Positions 51,435-60,288 of a DNA stretch of 64,000 nt are shown in pieces. Both the position numbers and the translations under genes were made by a program. The first letter of the stretch is position 1. Each line of letters begins with the position of its first letter. The stretch lies in the NCBI GenBank assembly GCA_944393415.1, contig CALYAD010000055.1, positions 3,278 to 67,277 on the forward strand, given 5' to 3'. The notes beneath the pieces are model-generated. The model worked only from the letters and a program-made list of their open reading frames with translations. It ran no database searches and was not told the origin of the DNA. The stretch is from an uncultured Clostridia bacterium (GTDB lineage Bacteria; Bacillota; Clostridia; Oscillospirales; CAG-272).

Positions 51435-51519
51435 GATCTTATCCTTTCTGCTGCTGTATTTTTATAAGTTAATTATAACAAAAATTTTACTTATGTCAAT
51501 AACTTTTGTGAAAAAGCTA

Positions 51520-51548
51520 TTGAATTTATTAATCATATATGTTATAAT
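51520..51548 (+). promoter_or_regulatory. Sigma-A-type promoter
   Basis: TTGAAT (51520-51525), a 17-nt spacer, then TATAAT (51543-51548). Confidence 0.5.
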
Positions 51549-51665
51549 TTAGGCGTAAGGTATTTATTAATATTTTACCCATAATAAAAATAAATTGAAT
51601 CTATATTGCAATTTTGTCATATTTTTGTAATAACTAATATACCGATAAATGGAGGATAAGCCGAA

Positions 51666-52718
51666 ATGAAATATTATTCAAAGCTTGAATTCAGTAAGCT
51701 GGATGATGATGCAAAACAGGAATATTATGAAGCGCTGCGCGCGGAAAAAAACGAAGCGATAACGCCGGATAAAATGGAAGAAATAGCGTCAGCGTACGAG
51801 GCTATAGCAGGGTATTATAATGCCTCGGAATTTGCGCGCGATCTGAAAAATGACGCGGTGAAGCAAAGGGCCGCCAATGAAAAGATGCGAAAAGAAAAGA
51901 GACGTAAGGGAATACTGATTATTGTAGGAGTGCTGGCGGCGGCGGTCCTTATCGCCTCAATAACGATTATTGCTTCTATTCTGAATACTAAGGACGAACG
52001 TTACAGGGAGGCTGTAGAACTATACGAAAACGAAAGATACGACGAGGCAAAGCAGATTTTTGAGACTCTCGGAGATTACGAAAAATCCAAGCTATATCTG
52101 ATGGCGATCGAGGGATTTCTGAACTCCGTAACCTTTAACGGCGAGGTGGTCAAAGAAGGAGACGAGATAACAATAGGTTCATATGATCAGGACGGTATAG
52201 AGGGAACAGAAAAGCTTAAATGGTACATTCTGAGTCTTGACGCGGATGCCGGTCGCGCGCTGGTAATTTCAAAGGACATTATCGAATATTCCTCATACGG
52301 CGCAGCTGAATGGGAGAACTCCGAAATAAGACAATGGCTCAACGCTGAATTTTTTGAAACGGCCTTTTCTCCGGCGGAGCGAGCTAAAATAATTAAAAAT
52401 CTTTATTCGGAGCACAGAGGGGAAAACGAAGACGATATAATATACGAGGTCGCCGACAATGTTTCTCTCCTAAGTCTCGAGGAATATGAAAAATATATGG
52501 GAACCGGAAGCGCGATGGGCTCCGCTGTGTGGTCGGAAAAACTGGAAACCGAATTCGCTCTGAGCGGAAGGGGCGTATGGCTTATGCGTACGGTCAATGA
52601 GGACGGAAGCATAGCAAGCGTGAATAGCTCCGGAGGTATAAGCGAAAGCGGTGTTTCCGCCGAGGAAAACTGCGGAGTGCGTCCGATAATGTGGATAACC
52701 TTGGACGATAAATCCTGA
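51666..52718 (+). CDS. Membrane-anchored hypothetical protein with a DUF6273-like C-terminal domain
   Basis: There is a central TM segment (GILIIVGVLAAAVLIASITIIASIL). The C-terminal pattern is KLKWYILS...EIRQWLNAEFFETAFSPAERAKI...GVWLMRT...CGVRPIMWITLD. Confidence 0.6.
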   Translation: MKYYSKLEFSKLDDDAKQEYYEALRAEKNEAITPDKMEEIASAYEAIAGYYNASEFARDLKNDAVKQRAANEKMRKEKRRKGILIIVGVLAAAVLIASITIIASILNTKDERYREAVELYENERYDEAKQIFETLGDYEKSKLYLMAIEGFLNSVTFNGEVVKEGDEITIGSYDQDGIEGTEKLKWYILSLDADAGRALVISKDIIEYSSYGAAEWENSEIRQWLNAEFFETAFSPAERAKIIKNLYSEHRGENEDDIIYEVADNVSLLSLEEYEKYMGTGSAMGSAVWSEKLETEFALSGRGVWLMRTVNEDGSIASVNSSGGISESGVSAEENCGVRPIMWITLDDKS

Positions 52719-52745
52719 TTGAATGAGGGAAACGGAAGATACAAA

Positions 52746-53630
52746 ATGAATAGTTCTAAAATAGTAAGAGCGATAACAAAAGACGGAAGCGCGAGGCTGT
52801 TCTTCGAGGACAGCACCGCTATTGTGCAGAAAGCTCATGAAATACATGGAACCTCTAAGACAATTACGGCGGTGCTCGGAAGAGCGCTTACCGCGGCATC
52901 GCTTATGGGGTGCATGCTCAAGGACAAGGGCGACACGCTTACTCTGCAGATCCGCGGAGACGGACCGGCGGGCGTGATCCTATGTATAAGCGATTATATG
53001 GGAAATGTCAAGGGATATGCGCAGCATCCTGAAATAGAATTGCCGCCGAACGCTCAGGGAAAGCTTAATGTAGGGGGCGCGGTCGGAAGGGGAACTCTGT
53101 GCGTGGCAAAGGACATGGGTGAAGGAGAGCCTTATACGGGTAGCTGCGACCTGGTTTCCGGTGAGATCGCGGAGGATATCACGAGTTATTTTGCGATAAG
53201 CGAACAGATACCTACAGTGTGCGCGCTCGGAGTCAGATGCGATACTGATTGCAACTGTACTTCGGCGGGAGGATATATCCTTCAGCTTATGCCAGGCGCT
53301 TCCGAGGAGACAGTCAGCGCACTCGAAAAAAACATTACATTGATACCTTCAATTTCAAAAGCTATTACCGAGCCGGAAGCGGACATATATGTTATAGACA
53401 GAATATTTTCCGGACTTGAATATGAAATATTTGATGAGTTTGATACAGAGTATCGCTGTACCTGTAACAGAAGCGCCTTTGAGAGAGCTTTGATATCGGT
53501 AGGAAGCGAAGAGCTTTCTGAAATGATATCGGAAGGAAAGGAAATTGAAATGACCTGCCAATTCTGTGATAACAGACAGACGTTTAACACGGATGAGCTC
53601 AAAGCGCTTCTGCGGTCGGCAAAAAACTGA
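52746..53630 (+). CDS. hslO: Hsp33-family redox-regulated chaperone
   Basis: The C-terminal zinc centre is CTCNRS...CQFCDNRQTF. The N-terminus is IVRAITKDGSARLFFEDST. Confidence 0.9.
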   Translation: MNSSKIVRAITKDGSARLFFEDSTAIVQKAHEIHGTSKTITAVLGRALTAASLMGCMLKDKGDTLTLQIRGDGPAGVILCISDYMGNVKGYAQHPEIELPPNAQGKLNVGGAVGRGTLCVAKDMGEGEPYTGSCDLVSGEIAEDITSYFAISEQIPTVCALGVRCDTDCNCTSAGGYILQLMPGASEETVSALEKNITLIPSISKAITEPEADIYVIDRIFSGLEYEIFDEFDTEYRCTCNRSAFERALISVGSEELSEMISEGKEIEMTCQFCDNRQTFNTDELKALLRSAKN

Positions 53631-53742
53631 ATCTGACCGAATAAAGTCAATCAAAATAAAAACTATCTTAATCTTATGGTCTAAGCTGAACTCCTACGGC
53701 ATAAGTTAATAACTGTATAAGTTATTAAGGGGATGAGCTTGA

Positions 53743-54522
53743 ATGAATAGGGGACCTGTAGGTGTAATAGATTCCGGGATAGGCGGGCTGACTGTCCTTA
53801 CCGAAATGATAAAAAAACTTCCGAGCGAGGATTTCATTTATCATGCGGATACCGAGAACGCGCCTTACGGCAATAAAAGGCATGCCGAGATCATGGGGTA
53901 TACGGATAACAATATCGCGAAGCTGCTTTCTCTTGGCTGTAAAGCAATAGTGTTAGCCTGCAATACAGCGACCGCGGCTGCAGTAGAGGACATGCGGATA
54001 AAATATTCTTCCGTAAATATAATAGGACTTGAACCGGCTTTGAGACCGCCGTTATACGATTTTCCGGATATGCCGGTGCTTGTATTGGCGACACCGCTTA
54101 CGCTGGCGGAAAAAAGATTTACACGACTTCGCTCGGAGCTTGAGGCTGACAGCGGGAAAAAATTTTACTGCGTGCCGGCTCAGGAGATAGTGGAATACAC
54201 AGAAAGTCCTTCAAGACAGAGGCAGAAGCTGATAAATAGCCTCAAGAAGCTCCTGCATCCATATGAAAGTATCAGATTTCCCGCGTGCGTTCTCGGGTGT
54301 ACGCACTTTCCGTTAGCCAAGCCGGAGATTTCCGAGGCTCTCGGATACATGCCCAGATATTACGACGGCGGTAACGGAGCGGCAAAACGGTTAGCTTTTT
54401 TGCTTGCCCGCGACGGACTTGAAAATGATATCTCGCGGCGCGGCAAAGTTATATTTACAAGTCAGGAATTCTCGTACAGAGCAGGACAGATAATGCTTGA
54501 TTATTATAATAAAGAGCGGTAA
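53743..54522 (+). CDS. murI: Glutamate racemase
   Basis: VGVIDSGIGGLTVL, LACNTATAAA, GCTHFPL. Confidence 0.9.
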   Translation: MNRGPVGVIDSGIGGLTVLTEMIKKLPSEDFIYHADTENAPYGNKRHAEIMGYTDNNIAKLLSLGCKAIVLACNTATAAAVEDMRIKYSSVNIIGLEPALRPPLYDFPDMPVLVLATPLTLAEKRFTRLRSELEADSGKKFYCVPAQEIVEYTESPSRQRQKLINSLKKLLHPYESIRFPACVLGCTHFPLAKPEISEALGYMPRYYDGGNGAAKRLAFLLARDGLENDISRRGKVIFTSQEFSYRAGQIMLDYYNKER

Positions 54523-54702
54523 ATATAGTCTTGCTGATAATACCGGGAACCTGACAGATAGTGTAAACAGGATTAAAAAGTTGATCCATACCCGTTATTT
54601 AAGCTTGCCTTGATTTCTCACTATATAAAAATAAAAGGGCTTACGCCCTCAAATCAGCGAAATTTATCCGTTCGTCAGAAAAACAGATGTAGCTTTGGGC
54701 GT

Positions 54703-54756
54703 TCCCGCGGTCATATTTTGAGGTAAAGTAAATACCGGTTTTAAATGACCGCGGGA
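54703..54756. repeat. Perfect 12-bp inverted repeat with a 30-nt spacer
   Basis: The arms are TCCCGCGGTCAT (54703-54714) and ATGACCGCGGGA (54745-54756). No flanking T-run is present on either strand. Confidence 0.6.
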
Positions 54757-54813
54757 TCGCTGTTAATTATGTTGATTTCGCTTTAAATTTAAGGTTGTAG
54801 CCCTGTTATTCAA

Positions 54814-55377
54814 TCAGAAGGGTCTGCGGCAGCTGCTTCTGTAGTCCTGTCTGCGGCGATCGCTTACCGACTCGCCTCGCGTTTCCTGGGGTGTATCGCA
54901 CGGAGGCGTACAGCCCTTGTCAAACGTCAGATTGGTAAGATAGTAATTAGTTTTGCAGTCAGCGCGCTCAAGTGTGATACCGAGAGCCTCGGCAAAACGC
55001 TGATAGTGAATTATCTCACGAGCACGAAGGAACTTTATAGGGTCCCTTACGTCTGGATCATCTGTCAAACGAAGGATATTGTCGTATGTCAGACGGGCTT
55101 TCTGTTCCGCAGCAAGGTCCTCGTTAAGATCCGCAATAACGTCTCCGGTGCTTTGTAAGGTAGCGGCAGAGAACGGCATGCCTGACGCGGCCTGGGGATA
55201 AACCCCGGCGGTATGATCAACAAAGTAAGTGTCGAATCCGCTTTCCTTGATCTGATCGATTGTCATATTGCGTGTTAACTGATAGAGAATAGTGGAGACT
55301 ATCTCTATATGAGCAAGCTCTTCTGTTCCTATAGAAGCATCGGAAATGCTCCGCTTGGTAAAATCACGGACAAGCAT
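54814..55377 (-). pseudogene. Mn-catalase / CotJC-family gene lacking its 5' end
   Basis: DASIGTEELAHIEIVSTILYQL ... DLAAEQKARLTYDNILRLTDDPDVRDPIKFLRAREIIHYQRF matches CotJC from about residue 45 onward. The GGxxGE helix region is missing. Similarity stops where the GC content collapses, near 55385. Confidence 0.6.
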
Positions 55378-55438
55378 TGTTTGTCTGTTTGACTTTGAAA
55401 TTAAATAAAAAAGTATGAGGGGAGAATAAAATTTTGAA

Positions 55439-55792
55439 ATGATAATTAGTGTAATTTTTCTGTGTGGTTCCATAATACTTTTTTATTATTCGTGCGTAAC
55501 ATGGAAAAGAAAATTCGCATTATCTTCTTTATTAGCTATCTTTGGTATGACATTATTTCTTTGGGGTATGCAAGTAATATTATATGATTATGCGCATTTG
55601 CGAGGATTACTTAACTTATTATTATTGCCAGTGTTTTTATTATTGATTTATTTTATAGCACGTAGAATGTCGTTAAAATACAAGAAGATAGCAATTATTC
55701 TATATAGTTTTATAGGCATTTATTTATGTGTATTTATACATGATGTTGTCTGGTTATGTTTAAATTGGAACTCATTTTTCAGTTTTACTTAA
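55439..55792 (+). CDS. Hypothetical 4-TM membrane protein (AT-rich islet)
   Basis: 117 aa, almost entirely hydrophobic helices. SD GAGGGGAG lies 14 nt upstream. I recognise no family. Confidence 0.45.
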   Translation: MIISVIFLCGSIILFYYSCVTWKRKFALSSLLAIFGMTLFLWGMQVILYDYAHLRGLLNLLLLPVFLLLIYFIARRMSLKYKKIAIILYSFIGIYLCVFIHDVVWLCLNWNSFFSFT

Positions 55793-56132
55793 ACATCAAG
55801 CAGATCAACAACATTTTTATTCATAACTGAGGCAAAGCCGTACCCAACATGCTTTTCGTTAGGGTTTATGTCTTTCTCGACGGTATATACATACTGTTAT
55901 ACTGCTGACGGAATACGTATAGGCACGGCATAAAAGTAATGCATCAGACACACGTAATTATTTCACAGCTGGAATTACTGCCGCGTTAATCGGAAAGTAG
56001 CAGATATTGCAAATCAAACGGATGGGTTGAAACTGATATAGACCTGCTTAAGGCGGGAAGGGAGGCTTTTATCAGAGGATAGTCATCCGTGATAGGGTCT
56101 ACAATTTCTCTATGGAGTATTGCGAGGTAAAC

Positions 56133-56597
56133 ATGGAAAAAAATAAAAAAACAATAAAAAAGTTCAGAATATATCCTTCTTGCTTGTATTTTTTATTGGA
56201 AAAATGGTTGAAGGAAATGAGTAAGAAAGGATGGCATGTTTTTGATTGTAAAGTATGTGTTTATTATTTTGAAAAGGGCATGCCGCAGGAAAAAGAGTAT
56301 TTTGTATATGATGCAGGGTGGATAGGCGAAGGAAGATACAGTATTCCATTAAGATACCCATTTCTAACTCAAACATATGGAGTTAAAAAGGAAAAATCGA
56401 AATTAAATAAAAACAGCATTAAAAAACATAATACTATTATGGAGGTAGATACAAAAAGGATTGATATAAAAAATGATACGTGATATAAAGAGTTGAAACG
56501 AGACAGAAATAGATTATATGCATTGATGACTATAAGGATTACCTGTTTTATTTTGGTTTTAGTTATAATATATATATTTATTAGAATTAACCTATAA
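56133..56597 (+). pseudogene. DUF2812-like protein with an in-frame TGA at 56481-56483
   Basis: MEKNKKTIKKFRIY...EKWLKEMSKKGWHVFDCKVCVYYFEKGMPQEKEYFVYD fits DUF2812. After the TGA the same frame continues as YKELKRDRNRLYALMTIRITCFILVLVIIYIFI (a TM helix) to the TAA at 56595-56597. Confidence 0.5.
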
Positions 56598-56798
56598 TGG
56601 TATATAGTAAAAAATATTTTCCTATAACGAGATAGTCAATCAGTTTATCTGTTAAAGAAAAGCAGAACGGACGGGAGCTTGCAGCCATGACGGCAAATAT
56701 ACATACAGTTTACGGATGCAATTGCGGGGGGTACAGCTAAAGTAAAAAGCAGCAACATGGTGAATGAATTATTAGAGCTTACTTGGGGAAGGAGATAA

Positions 56799-57380
56799 AT
56801 GAAAGAATACGAGATTACAAAACAAAGTGATGAGATACTTATTACACGAAAGAAATATAACATTTTAATGGCAGCATTAATAGGTGTGTGGATAATTGTC
56901 ATGTTTCTTCTTTTGGCCAATTTCGCTAAGCTGTGTCTTAAAGAGAATATTATTTTGGCAAGAATTATATTTATTGCTGATATTATATTCTGTGTATGGG
57001 GTATATATAGAGCCATTATGTATTGGCGGCATAGAAAGAAAGAAATCATCAAAATAACCAAAGAAGGCATTTATACGCTTGATCATGTCGAGAAAAATAA
57101 ATATCATGAAAAGATATTATTGTGGAAGGATATAGCTGATATCAAGATATTTATTTGTATTGGATCAGTCAAAGGTTGGGATGATGATGTTATGGTGGTT
57201 TCCCAAAATAACATAGATGAAGATGAGACAAGAAAGTTTATACGTAAAGAGTTGTTAGTATGGGGTGATTTGCTTAAAACTTGTATTTATGACGATACAA
57301 GAATATATTTGTTCGGTGATTATTTTGAGCTGAAGAATATTCAAGATATTGTTCAGACATTCATTACTAAAAAGAAATAA
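56799..57380 (+). CDS. Hypothetical membrane protein (2 TM plus a soluble C-terminal domain)
   Basis: 193 aa behind a strong SD (GGGGAAGGAGATAA-ATG). I recognise no family. Confidence 0.5.
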   Translation: MKEYEITKQSDEILITRKKYNILMAALIGVWIIVMFLLLANFAKLCLKENIILARIIFIADIIFCVWGIYRAIMYWRHRKKEIIKITKEGIYTLDHVEKNKYHEKILLWKDIADIKIFICIGSVKGWDDDVMVVSQNNIDEDETRKFIRKELLVWGDLLKTCIYDDTRIYLFGDYFELKNIQDIVQTFITKKK

Positions 57381-57420
57381 TATATACCGAACAATGTATG
57401 AAAAGAAAAGATAAAAATGT

Positions 57421-57454
57421 GCAAAGCCGTACCCATGCCTGGTGCGGCTTTGCC
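57421..57454 (-). terminator. Intrinsic terminator of rfbB
   Basis: Minus strand reads GCAAAGCCG-CACCAGGCATGGGTA-CGGCTTTGC followed by ACATTTTTATCTTTTCTTTTC. Confidence 0.65.
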
Positions 57455-57515
57455 GCAAAAGGAAAGGAGGGAAGAAAAATGCCGAGGACGGAGAGATACC
57501 GTGCGCTTCGCTTTA

Positions 57516-58544
57516 TTATTTTATTTTGTGACCGTCGTATACTTTTTGGTAATAATTTTTGTATTCTCCGGTTAAAATCCTCTCAAGCCAGTCGGTATTA
57601 TCGAGATACCATTTTATAGTCATTTGAATTCCGTCTGCAAACCTTGTTTCGGGAGACCAACCGAGTTCACGGTTTATTTTTGTCGGATCTATGGCGTAGC
57701 GGCGATCATGACCTTTGCGGTCGGCTACATGTGTTATCAGCGACTCCGGCTTACCCATTGCTTTGCAGATAGTTTTGACTATATCTATATTTTTCATTTC
57801 GTTGTGACCGCCGACATTGTATATTTCTCCGACGGTTCCTTTGTGTATTATTAAATCGATAGCAATGCAGTGATCCCTGACATAAAGCCAGTCTCGGACA
57901 TTAATACCCTCGCCGTAAACGGGTAAAGGCTTATTTTGCCGGGCGTTGGCTATCATCAAGGGAATGAGCTTTTCGGGAAACTGATATGGACCATAGTTAT
58001 TCGAGCAGCGTGAGATGGTCACCGGAAGTCCGAAGGTCCTGTGGTATGCCAAAACAAGCAGGTCTGCGCTCGCCTTGGATGCCGAATAGGGGCTGGAGGC
58101 GTGTAGAGGCGTGTCCTCGGTAAAGAAAAGGTCCGGGCGGTCAAGCGGAAGATCCCCGTAGACCTCGTCGGTCGATACCTGATGATAGCGTTTAACGCCG
58201 TACTTTCGGCAAGCGTCCATCATAACGGCAGTTCCCATAATATTGGCGTTAAGGAATACTCCCGGGTCTTCAATTGAGCGGTCAACGTGGCTCTCCGCCG
58301 CAAAGTTAACGACAATGTCAGGCTGCTCCTCCTCAAATATTTTATATACCGCCGCTCTGTCAGTGATATCCGTTTTATAAAAACGGAAATTTTTATTTTC
58401 CAAAACGGCAGTAAGAGTCTCAAGATTTCCGGCGTATGTGAGGCAGTCGAGGCAGATTAATCTGTAATCCGGGTGCTTTTCCGTCATATAGTAGATAAAA
58501 TTAGCGCCGATAAAGCCTGCACCGCCTGTTACTATTATTTTCAT
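57516..58544 (-). CDS. rfbB: dTDP-glucose 4,6-dehydratase
   Basis: MKIIVTGGAGFIGANFIYY, LTYAGNLETL, YSASKASADLL; 342 aa. Confidence 0.9.
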   Translation of the reverse strand: MKIIVTGGAGFIGANFIYYMTEKHPDYRLICLDCLTYAGNLETLTAVLENKNFRFYKTDITDRAAVYKIFEEEQPDIVVNFAAESHVDRSIEDPGVFLNANIMGTAVMMDACRKYGVKRYHQVSTDEVYGDLPLDRPDLFFTEDTPLHASSPYSASKASADLLVLAYHRTFGLPVTISRCSNNYGPYQFPEKLIPLMIANARQNKPLPVYGEGINVRDWLYVRDHCIAIDLIIHKGTVGEIYNVGGHNEMKNIDIVKTICKAMGKPESLITHVADRKGHDRRYAIDPTKINRELGWSPETRFADGIQMTIKWYLDNTDWLERILTGEYKNYYQKVYDGHKIK

Positions 58545-58564
58545 TGTTTTAGTCCTTTCCTTTT

Positions 58565-59964
58565 CTAAATTAAATTAAAGAAATATATAGAGCCCTGTAT
58601 AAATTGCACCGAAAAGATAATAAACGTCAAAACTTCGGGTATTCCGATATTTTTTATGGAAAATTTCTTTGAAAATACGTTTGAAAGCAGCTCGGAGGTG
58701 ACGAATACATACATAATTGAAAGTGAAGTACAATATCCCCAGCTGAAATTACCGTAATATTTTCTGTATCCTGTTTCCATAATGAATCCGAATTCGAGAA
58801 TCCCGACCAGCCAGCACAGTAAAATGATACCTATATCAAGCTTGTGACTTATGTGAATGTTTTTTAGGATGATATAAAGCAGACAAAAGCCTGCCGCCAA
58901 CATTATCGATACAGGTATAAACGGAGAGTGGGCGCTCCAAACCTCAAAAAATCCAAAGGCTATACCGCCGCTGTCTTCGGATGCCGGAAGAAAGAACTCA
59001 CCAAGCATAACTCTGACCATATTGAGCAGCGACGGAAGAAATACGACTACAAGCTTTAAACAAAAGCTGAAATCCTTAAATTTATAACGTATAAGACGCA
59101 CCAAGAGGAAAATGAATATAGCGGGAATAAAAACCTGCAGAAAAGCAGGCTTTGCCATTGTGCTGAGAAACGAAAACAGCGAAAGCCTCAGGAAGTCTTT
59201 GAGCAGCTTTGGATTCTTCGAATAAAGCTGCTTTTTCAGTATCCGCAGAAACAAAAATGTACAAATAAGGGCGAAAGGCTGCACCGCAAGGTTAGTCGGG
59301 TTATGCAGCATAAACGGAGAGCCCTGACCGATTATATGTTGTGGATTGAACTGCTTAATATACAGCGGTTGCATAAACATCAGCAGAGCGGCGGTTATAT
59401 CGCATACGAAGTCATATTTCGGCTCATCTACGTAATGCATCAGAATTTTTCTGGTAAAACAGAAGGTAAGCGAACAGAAAAAAGCGGTCGATAACGCGCA
59501 CGCGCAGTTTGGCGGAAGATAGAAAACCTTTACAAACAGATTTGTGACTATATGCCATAGGGGATGCGAAAGCTTATGAAGACTTTTTCCAAGCTCTGAC
59601 CAGTCAAACGCGAGCGCGAATTCCGTATGCGGCTGATAGTCGTCAACAGGACCGTCGTATGCCAAAAAGAAGTACAAAACGGTAACCGTGGCGCCAAGTA
59701 TAAGCGCAATCAGGTCAATCCTGCCGTTTTTTTAAATATATTGAAAAAGTCGATAATTTTTTTCCCGAGAGATGTAAATATAAGAAAGGCGGATAGGGTG
59801 ACGGATAGTGCTGTAAGAATGGAGAATATAATATAAAAATCCGGCGGTCTTGACGCGAAGCTGAAATAAACCACCGTGTTGGTTGATAAAAGCGAAGCAA
59901 ATATATAAGAGAAGATAAAGGAAAATGGAAGCAGCAGCGCTCCGCCGAGTATCTTTTTTTTCAT
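58565..59964 (-). pseudogene. Polytopic membrane protein (GT-C-like or polymerase-like) split by a frameshift at a T7/A7 run
   Basis: ORFs 59710-59973 and 58565-59677 overlap in different frames across 59710-59731. Adding one A to the A7 run (plus-strand T7 at 59727-59733) gives ...FFNIFKKNGRIDLIALILGATVTVLYFFLAYDGPVDDYQPH..., a single protein of about 465 aa and more than 10 TM segments. Confidence 0.6.
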
Positions 59965-60157
59965 AATAATCACCCATACTGCCTTCAGGCAGCTAAACCG
60001 TTTTTATCGGTCCTAAACACGAAAATTTTTATATCTATTAAAAACCGATTAAAGCGTTTTTTAGCCGCCAAAAGCGTTAAGAAAAGTTTTTGGGAAGCTT
60101 CAGAAACACTTTTTTCAAAAAGGGTTTCTGATTAATTATTATAGCCGCCATTGGCGG

Positions 60158-60288
60158 AATGGAGATTAGCGTGAAAATATATTACATCGCATCAGAATGC
60201 GGCTGGTTTCACGCATAAATTTTCTAAAAAGCCGGACGCTTTTTGTTTTGCTTTGCAAAACAAGAAAATTTTTCATGTCTATTAAAAA
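60158..60288 (+). repeat. REP-like palindromic element, copy X
   Basis: AATGGAGATTAGCGTGAAA...ATCGCATCAGAATGCGG...GTTTCACGCATAAATTTTCT...GAAAATTTTTCATGTCTATTAAAAA aligns with 63736-63828. The outer palindrome is GCGTGAAA/TTTCACGC (60169-60214). Confidence 0.7.

Noticed and set aside
55860-55935. A YD/Rhs-repeat remnant (…TVYTYCYTADGIRIGTA) as evidence for a toxin gene.
   Set aside because: It is a single degenerate motif in a 25-codon frame, far too weak to call. It is mentioned only as a hint within the islet finding.
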